The position numbers and the translations under genes were made by a program. DNA of 61,879 nucleotides from Sphingorhabdus sp. Its GTDB lineage: Bacteria; Pseudomonadota; Alphaproteobacteria; Sphingomonadales; Sphingomonadaceae. Shown here one piece after another: positions 33,829 through 41,100 of this stretch. Below the pieces are notes generated by a model, which worked only from the letters and a program-made list of their open reading frames with translations, made no database searches and was not told where the DNA came from. The DNA lies in assembly GCA_017987825.1 (NCBI GenBank), contig JAGNSY010000001.1:1-61879 (forward strand), written 5' to 3'. How positions within the stretch are numbered: the first letter of the stretch is position 1; each line of letters begins with the position of its first letter.

Positions 33829-34159
33829 AGTCAGACTGAATATCGTCGGGCGCGAATATATCGTAACCTGCCGCGACGGCGAGGAGCAACGCTTGCTCGA
33901 TTTGGGCGCAATGGTTGACAGCAAGGCGCGCGAAGCGGGCGGCAGCGCAGGCGGTTTGAACGAGAGCCGCCAGCTCCTTTTTGCAGCGCTTTTACTCGCC
34001 GATCAGTTGAACGAAGCCAATGGTGGTGTGGCGATGGTGCCCGCCAACAAGGCGATTGACGAGCAAACGGCGGTGAAAATGGTCCAATCGCTCGAAAAAC
34101 TGGCCGAACGCGTAGAATCTTTTGCTTCCGGGCTTGAGCAGGCATCGCAGGACGCCTAG
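33821..34159 (+). CDS. zapA: Cell division protein ZapA
   Basis: 'LNIVGREYIVTCRDGEEQRL', 'RQLLFAALLLADQL'; precedes 6S RNA and ygfA. Confidence 0.92.
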   Translation: MAEVRLNIVGREYIVTCRDGEEQRLLDLGAMVDSKAREAGGSAGGLNESRQLLFAALLLADQLNEANGGVAMVPANKAIDEQTAVKMVQSLEKLAERVESFASGLEQASQDA

Positions 34160-34166
34160 ATTGATG

Positions 34167-34342
34167 ATGGCGGGACTGCCCGGCACGAGCTGAAGAGAAC
34201 ATCCCTGAGGCGATAATATCATCCAAGGGAGCTATCCCTGCCCGGGCCACTCTGGTTACAGTGGGGTCCGAAGCATATGGTGCCCACCTGACGTAATGGC
34301 GTCAGAGGATATTCCGGAAAACGACCCATGGTGGTTCCGCTA
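34167..34342 (+). ncRNA. ssrS: 6S RNA
   Basis: Conserved zapA-ssrS-ygfA synteny; terminal pairing GGCGGGACTGCC/GGTGGTTCCGCT; inner stems ATCCCTGA/TCAGAGGAT and GGGAGCTAT/ATGGTGCCC; ends approximate. Confidence 0.85.
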
Positions 34343-34356
34343 CGTTTTTCAAAGGG

Positions 34357-34932
34357 TTGCAAGTGCCGCCGAGTGACGTCAAATCTGAACTGCGACGCGA
34401 ATTCAGGGCCAGGCGGGACAGCTTCATTGCCAGCCTGAATCGCGGCGAAGCGGAAATCGCTTTCAGCTGCCTCCCCTCCCCACTGGCGCAGTTATGTAAA
34501 CCCGGAAAAGTCGTCGCAGGCTATGTCGCGATAGGCTCAGAGGCAGATCCTTCCAAGCTTTTGGTCGCCTCTGTCGAACGCGGATGCACGCTCGCTTTGC
34601 CCCATGTCACCAGCAAGCTTTCGCCGATGCGATTTCTGCGATGGCAGGCAGGCGACCCGCTGGAAAGCGGACCATTTGGATTGTCGCAACCCAAGGCAGA
34701 TGCGCCGGAAGTGACGCCGGATGTCGTGCTCGTGCCGCTTGTTGCATTCGATGCCAATCTGATGCGGCTCGGCCAAGGTGCGGGACATTACGACCGTGCA
34801 TTGAGCTTGCTGGGTAACAGCATCGCTGTCGGCATAGCTTGGTCAATTCAACAGGCCGACAGCCTGCCCTTAGACCCTTGGGACATGCCTTTGGACGCCG
34901 TTCTTACCGAAAGAAGCTGGATCAGCAGATGA
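34357..34932 (+). CDS. ygfA: 5-formyltetrahydrofolate cyclo-ligase
   Basis: 'KSELRREFRARR', 'PDVVLVPLVAFD...RLGQGAGHYDR', 'DPWDMPLDAVLTE'. Confidence 0.93.
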   Translation: MQVPPSDVKSELRREFRARRDSFIASLNRGEAEIAFSCLPSPLAQLCKPGKVVAGYVAIGSEADPSKLLVASVERGCTLALPHVTSKLSPMRFLRWQAGDPLESGPFGLSQPKADAPEVTPDVVLVPLVAFDANLMRLGQGAGHYDRALSLLGNSIAVGIAWSIQQADSLPLDPWDMPLDAVLTERSWISR

Positions 34933-35147
34933 ACCATCCCAATCCTCCGCCCAAGCCCAGTTGGCGCAAGCCTATGGGCATGTTCATCATTTTGGGCATA
35001 ATCGCGCTGCTGGCGTGGATTATTGGAAGCCAATCCGACGTCATCGGCGGCTGGCCAATTTGGCTGCAAGCGATTGTATATCTGATATTGGGCACGATCT
35101 GGATCGCGCCCTTGCGGCCATTGCTGATCTGGATGGAAACAGGAAAA

Positions 35148-35159
<12 letters not shown>
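34929..35159 (+). CDS. DUF2842 family small membrane protein
   Basis: 'PSWRKPMG...WPIWLQAIVYLILGTIWIAPLRPLLIWMETG'; ATGA overlap with ygfA. Confidence 0.82.
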
Positions 35160-35224
<65 letters not shown>

Positions 35225-35451
35225 TTGATGCGGTGACGGCGCTCCTAGAAGCGGGCGCTCTGGCTGTCAACAGAGAGAATGGAAGAAACGAAATTTTCTT
35301 GCGCATCCGCACCAGGCGCATTTGCTCGTCATCTCTAAATCTTTTGGCGTAGTTTACCATTTCCGTTTGATTTTACAAGATTCGACATCATTGCGGTCCA
35401 TATTATCATTATATATCAATATTATATCTGATTAACAGCCCCTATCTGGGC

Positions 35452-35466
35452 TTAACCATTTCTTGA
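35452..35466 (+). promoter_or_regulatory. CtrA-like box upstream of the DUF11-like operon
   Basis: TTAA CCATTTC TTGA; 14/15 identical to 48099-48113. Confidence 0.55.
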
Positions 35467-35489
35467 CCCCCTTTTGCGATAAGGGCGTC

Positions 35490-36509
35490 ATGTTGAAGAC
35501 CAATTCTTCCTGCAAACGTTTCCGCAACGCATTTCTGCGTCCTGCGGCAGTGTCTGCAATCGCACTCACAAGTACTCTGCTTGCGCCTGGCCAAGCGGCA
35601 TGGGCTGCAGGCACGCTGGCCGGCACCAATATCGAAAATATTGCGACTGCCAGTTACGACACGGGTTCGGGCACGATTGATATCCAGTCGAACACCTCGG
35701 TGATCCTTGTCGACGAACTGCTCGACGTCACAGTGTCAAGCAGCACCCCCGGCGACGTTCCGACAACACCGGGCGCTACCAATGCCGTGATCACTTACCG
35801 GGTGACCAACAACGGCAATGGTCCTGAAACATTTGGACTGACGCCCAATGTTGCGAACAGCGGTGACGATTTTGATCCCACGCTGGCTCAGATTGTCATC
35901 GATACGAACAACAACGGCGTTTACGATCCCGGCGTCGATACCGTCTATGTAGCGGGCACCAACGATCCGCTACTGTCGCCCGACCAGAGCATCACCATTT
36001 TCGTCCTGACGAATATCGCGCCAACTCAAGCCAATGGCGAACGCGCAAATGTAAGCCTGGTTGCTGCTGCAACGACGGGCACGGGTGCACCCGGCACGAC
36101 ATTCGCAGGTGCTGGCGAAGGTGGTGGCAATGCCGTGGTCGGATCGAGCGGCGCAGATGGCGAAGCCAGCGGTTTTCTCCGCGTTGACGCTGCGTCGGTA
36201 GCTCTGGCTAAATCGGCAACCGTCGCAGATCCTTTTGGCGGTACGAATGCAGTACCCGGGGCCACAATCACTTACACAATTTTGGCGACGGTGAGCGGCG
36301 CCGGAACGTTGAACAATCTGGTCATCAATGACCCAGTCCCTGTTGGCACAACTTATGTTGCAGGCAGCATCACCCTACAGGCCGCCAGCCTGACTGACGC
36401 AGCAGACGTCGATGCAGCCAATTTCAATGGCACACGTGTGAGTGTTCAATTGGGCAACGTTCCCGCCGGTCAAACCCGCACCGTCACCTTCCAGACAGTT
36501 ATACAGTGA
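35490..36509 (+). CDS. Secreted DUF11-like filament subunit candidate A (N-terminal donor hairpin, C-terminal incomplete DUF11 domain)
   Basis: Signal peptide ending 'QAAWA|'; mature 'AGTLAGTNIENIATASY'; Ca-loop-like 'DTNNNGVYDPGVD'; 'VALAKS..PGATITYTI..INDPVPVGTTYVAGS..GQTRTVTFQTVIQ*'. Confidence 0.8.
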   Translation: MLKTNSSCKRFRNAFLRPAAVSAIALTSTLLAPGQAAWAAGTLAGTNIENIATASYDTGSGTIDIQSNTSVILVDELLDVTVSSSTPGDVPTTPGATNAVITYRVTNNGNGPETFGLTPNVANSGDDFDPTLAQIVIDTNNNGVYDPGVDTVYVAGTNDPLLSPDQSITIFVLTNIAPTQANGERANVSLVAAATTGTGAPGTTFAGAGEGGGNAVVGSSGADGEASGFLRVDAASVALAKSATVADPFGGTNAVPGATITYTILATVSGAGTLNNLVINDPVPVGTTYVAGSITLQAASLTDAADVDAANFNGTRVSVQLGNVPAGQTRTVTFQTVIQ

Positions 36510-36976
36510 GCATCGATATGAAAAAGACCATTTTTGCTTTGCTTTCCCTAGTTGCCGCACCCTCGGTAGCTGCGCCGCTAGAATTGGCCAGCGACGTGTT
36601 TGTTGAACGCGAACATAAGCGTCCTGACGGTTCGGTTGCTACGATATTGGAGGAACCCAAACTGGTTCTTCCTGGTGATCAATTGGTGTTCGTCGTGCGT
36701 TACAAGAATGTCGGCGCACAACCCGCATCCAAATTCACCGTCACAAACCCCATCCCGCGCGCGGTTGCCTTTTCGGGCACCGCCGATGGCACTGAAATCG
36801 TGTCGATCGATGGCGGAAAGAACTGGGGTCTTCTGACACAGCTTAAAGTCAGCAAAGCCGACGGCACCTTCCGTCCGGCTCTTCCCGGTGACGTCACGCA
36901 CGTCAAATGGAATTTGAATCAAACGCTTGCGGCCGGATCGGCCGGCAAGCTCGTCTTTCGCGGGGTTGTACGATGA
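36506..36976 (+). CDS. Small secreted DUF11-like protein B (acceptor-only; cap or chaperone candidate)
   Basis: Signal peptide 'MKKTIFALLSLVAAPSVA|'; 'PGDQLVFVVRYKNVG..TNPIP..SIDGGKNW..VTHVKW..AGKLVFRGVVR*'; GTGA overlap with A (alternative ATG at 36518). Confidence 0.78.
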   Translation: MSIDMKKTIFALLSLVAAPSVAAPLELASDVFVEREHKRPDGSVATILEEPKLVLPGDQLVFVVRYKNVGAQPASKFTVTNPIPRAVAFSGTADGTEIVSIDGGKNWGLLTQLKVSKADGTFRPALPGDVTHVKWNLNQTLAAGSAGKLVFRGVVR

Positions 36977-37044
36977 CCTCCACCGAAAACCGTAAGGATT
37001 GCTGCGGCAAAAGCAATCAAACCCTCAGTAACAGGAGCATAAGC

Positions 37045-38094
37045 ATGACCAGTAAGCTTAAATTCCTCGTTGCCGCGAGCACCCTTCCGGCTGTCATAAT
37101 GAACGCGAGTTCCGCTTATGCCGCCGGAACCCTTGTCGGCACCGATATTACCAACAATGTTTCCGTCGCCTATCAGGTAGGCGGCGTCAGCCAAACTGCG
37201 GCTACGGATTCGAACATGTTCGAAGTTGACCGCAAAATTTTGTTTACCGTGCAGGAAGATGCCAATGTCACGACCTCGGTCGTGCCAGGTGAGCAAAATG
37301 CCTATACGACATTTGTTGTCAGCAATACGTCGAACGATACTCTGGATTTCTCGCTTAACCCGACGCAATTGGGTGGTGGCACGGCGACCCACGGTGGTAC
37401 CGACGTTTTTGATGTCAGCAATCTGGAAGTTTTTGTCGATAGCAATGGCAACAACCAATATGATTTTGGCGTCGACACAGCGACCACAATCAACGATCTG
37501 GCTCCCGACACGTCGGTTCGTGTCTTTATTGTTGGAGACGTTGCGCTGACCCAGACCAATGGTCAGGTTGCAGGCGTCACGCTTTCGGCAACCGCTCTGA
37601 ATAGCAACAACACGGCAATCACCGCTGCAACCGACGCAACGGCCAATACTGATGGCGTTGAAACCATCTTTGCCGACACGGGCCGTGACGGCATTGAATC
37701 GGATGAGGACGATTTCACAGTCAGCACTGCAAGCCTGACTGTCACCAAATTGAGCCGTGTCGTTCGCGATAACCTCAATGGTGCGGGAACCAGTGCAGAT
37801 GCAACCAATCCGAAGGCCGTGCCTGGCGCGACCGTCGAATATTGCATCGTTGTTGCAAACACGGGTTCACAGACGGCGACCAATGTTGCCGTATCGGACG
37901 ATCTTTCGCTCGTTCCCGACGTTACTTTTGATGCAAGCTTCACGCCCGCGACCGACGGCACTGTCGTTAGTGGTAATACCTGCACGGCAGGCGGTGGAAC
38001 AGGCTCATTCGCCAGTAACATCGTGTCAGGCACGCTGACCAACATTGGTGCGGGTCAAACCCGTACGCTGGTTTTCCGCGTAACCATCGACTGA
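37045..38094 (+). CDS. Secreted DUF11-like filament subunit candidate C (paralog of A)
   Basis: AGGAG SD; signal peptide ending 'SAYA|'; 'AGTLVGTDITNNVSVAY'; 'DSNGNNQYDFGVD'; 'LTVTKLS..PGATVEYCI..VSDDL..GQTRTLVFRVTID*'. Confidence 0.8.
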   Translation: MTSKLKFLVAASTLPAVIMNASSAYAAGTLVGTDITNNVSVAYQVGGVSQTAATDSNMFEVDRKILFTVQEDANVTTSVVPGEQNAYTTFVVSNTSNDTLDFSLNPTQLGGGTATHGGTDVFDVSNLEVFVDSNGNNQYDFGVDTATTINDLAPDTSVRVFIVGDVALTQTNGQVAGVTLSATALNSNNTAITAATDATANTDGVETIFADTGRDGIESDEDDFTVSTASLTVTKLSRVVRDNLNGAGTSADATNPKAVPGATVEYCIVVANTGSQTATNVAVSDDLSLVPDVTFDASFTPATDGTVVSGNTCTAGGGTGSFASNIVSGTLTNIGAGQTRTLVFRVTID

Positions 38095-38103
38095 GGAAAA
38101 AGG

Positions 38104-38143
38104 GGGCGGCGGGCAGCTGTACTGCCTGTCGCCCTCACTTCTT
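38104..38143 (+). terminator. Intra-operon stem-loop (attenuating terminator or mRNA stabiliser) between C and D
   Basis: GGGCGGCGGGCAG-ctgta-CTGCCTGTCGCCC, 13-bp stem with 2 G-U pairs, then TCACTTCTT. Confidence 0.65.
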
Positions 38144-41100
38144 ATGAGCACATTAACCACATCCGTTATCTTCCGCGCCGGAACGCTGGCGGCAGCTACC
38201 CACTTGGCTGCCGCCTGCCTTCCCGCGCATGCGCAAAGCTTGCCGAATATCATCAGCAACACCGCGCAGGCCGAATGGACATCGGGCGGGCAAACCCTAT
38301 CGCGGCCTTCGAACAGTGTAGACATCGTTGTGGATCGATCCAATCCGCAACCAGCCACGCTCGAAGTCTTACATTTTACGAATTCCGGCTCTTCTAGCTC
38401 GGTTCCTCTTCCACAAACCATGTGCCGAGGAACAAACGGGCTTCAACCGGTCAATCTACAGGGCGTTTTTGCTGGATATTCGACAAATCCGGCCTCAATA
38501 ATGCCCGCAACGGCCATTCGGGCGGGCGAACCACTTGTCTTGAAGGTCATCGCACCGGGCCAGAACACAAATCCAGGTGCGATCGACAGTTTTGAAGCGC
38601 AGATTGTAACCGATAGCGGCGATAGCGAGCGCATCACGCTGACCGAGTCAGCGGCGAACAGCTCAACTTTCTACGCATTAATCAACACCAAGGCCGCACC
38701 GCCGGCAGCTGTGCAGGGCGATTGCGTTTTGTCGGTCCGTCCGGGCGATCAGCTGCATTTCGACCTTGGAAACGCGCAAAATGGCACTCCGATTGCCGGC
38801 GCTGATGTCGACATCTTGGTTGATCCCTTTGGCTTGACCTTTGATAGTGCTGACGGAACGGCCGTTACCGGCACCCAAGTTACAATTGTCGATGCCAATA
38901 CAGGCCTTCCGGCGCAGGTTTTCGGTGACGATGGGGTTTCGTCGTTCCCGAGCTCGATTGTCGCGGGCAGCACTATTACCGACAGTAGCGGCGCAACCTA
39001 TGCCTTTTCGCCGGGATTCTACCGTTTTCCGTTCCTGAGCCCGGGCGATTATCGTCTCGTCATCGGCCCACCGGCGCCCTACACCCATCCCTCGGTGGCA
39101 ACACCTGCCGAAATCGCTCTGCTAACGCGGCCAGATGGCGGCCAGTTTGTGATCGCACCGGGATCTTACGGCGGTATCATCACATTGAGTGACCCGGCGC
39201 CGGTGCGCATAGACGTCCCTATGGATCGCCCGGGCGGTAGCCTGCAATTGCGCAAAACGACCTCCGCGGTAACCGCAATGCCAGGCGACGTGGTGCAATA
39301 TCGTATCGAGGTGCGGAATCCCGATCGCTCGCGAAATAGCGGACCGGTTACGGTTACCGATATATTACCTAATTCCATGCGGTTACGCCTCGAAAGTGTG
39401 CGCTACAACGGCGTGCAGGTAACTGCAACGGCTGCTGCCGATGGGTCCCAATTTTCGGTCGCTCTGCCACCACTTGCGGGCGGCGGTTCGGGGCTTTTGA
39501 CCTATTTGGCGGAAGTTCGGGTCGATGCCCGTCCCGGTGATGCAATAAACCGTGCCTCTGCGCGCGATAACCGTGGCGCAGTCAGCGAAACCGTTGATGC
39601 GGCCATCCGTATCGTTCGCGACGGAATTTCTGAGCGATTCACGCTTATCGGACGCATTACCGAAGGCGGCTGTTCGGTTGACCCACGTCAGGCGAAGGGA
39701 ATCGCAGGCGTCCGTGTGATGCTGCAGGATGGCAGCTACACCGTTACCGATCAGGATGGCCGTTATCATTTCGAAGGCCTCGTGCCCGGCCTGCACGTGG
39801 TTCAGGTCGACCCGACCACATTCCCGCTCGATCAGGCTCCGGTTGATTGCGCCAAGAACACGCGCAGCGCCGGAAATGCTATCTCGCGTTTCGTTGAAGG
39901 ACGTGGTGGCAGCCTGAAACGCGCCGATTTCCGGGCCAAACAGGTTGCGCCGCGTGAAAATGCCGCACAAATGGCTGTTCCGCTCCCGGATGCAGCTACC
40001 GATCAGGAGGCCGCTGGTGCGGAGCGCGACTGGTTCGCCGGGCAACAGCCGGGCGTCGGTTTCCTCTTCCCCGAAACCGGGCATAATCCGCGCGTTAAAA
40101 CAATCCGCGTCGCTTTCAAGCATCTCCCACGCCAAAAAGTTGAACTGTCGATCAATGGCAAAGCCGTAGATTCACTCAGCTATGATGGCACCAAAAAGAG
40201 CGCTGACGGCAAGATGCGTGTGGCAATCTGGCGCGGTATCGGCATCGAACAGGGCAACAACCGCCTGGTCGCGAAGGTTACCGACAATGACGGCAACCTC
40301 ATCGAAACAGTCGAGCACAATGTCTATTACGCCAATGCGCCCATCAATGCGCAATTTGTAAAGGAAAAGTCGGTTCTCCTCGCCGATGGCGTCACGCGTC
40401 CGCGTATTGCGGTTCGCTTGACCGACCGCAACGGCAAACCGATCCCGCATGGCGCTGTTGGCGATTTTCAGGTCACCGACCCTTATCGCGCTGCGGTCGA
40501 AATTGACGCCCAGCAGGCCCAACAGCTGTCGGGCCTCGAACGCGCCGCGCCGGTATGGCGCGTGCATGGCGACGAAGGCATCGCTTATATCGAACTCGAA
40601 CCGACCACAGCTTCAGGAACCGTCGCGATCACTCTTCCGTTCCAGGATGGAGAAGTAAAGCGCACACAGCGCGTCGAAACTTGGCTCGATCCGGGCGGCC
40701 GCCCCTGGACCGTAGTTGGCTTTGCTGCCGGAACCCTTGGCTTTAACAAGCTTTCAGAAGGCCTTGAGGATCTGGTTGGCGAAGACGACCAGCTGAACGT
40801 CGACGGTCGTATCGCGCTCTATGCCAAGGGCCGGGTGAGCGGCAAATGGCTGATGACGCTGGCTTATGACAGCGACAAGAAGGCTGATGACGCCCGCTTC
40901 GCAGGCACCATCGATCCGCGCCGCTATTACACTGTTTATGCCGACCGCAGCGAGCAGCGTTACGACGCCGCATCGATCCGTCGCCTGTATCTGAAGCTCG
41001 AACGCCCGCAATTCTATGCACTGTTCGGTGACTATCAAACCGGCATCGATGAACCGGAACTCGCCCGTTATCAGCGCAGCTTCAACGGCATCAAGGCCGA

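Noticed and set aside
34167-34342. Structured intergenic RNA as a novel ncRNA
   Set aside because: Position and rod-like pairing identify it as 6S RNA
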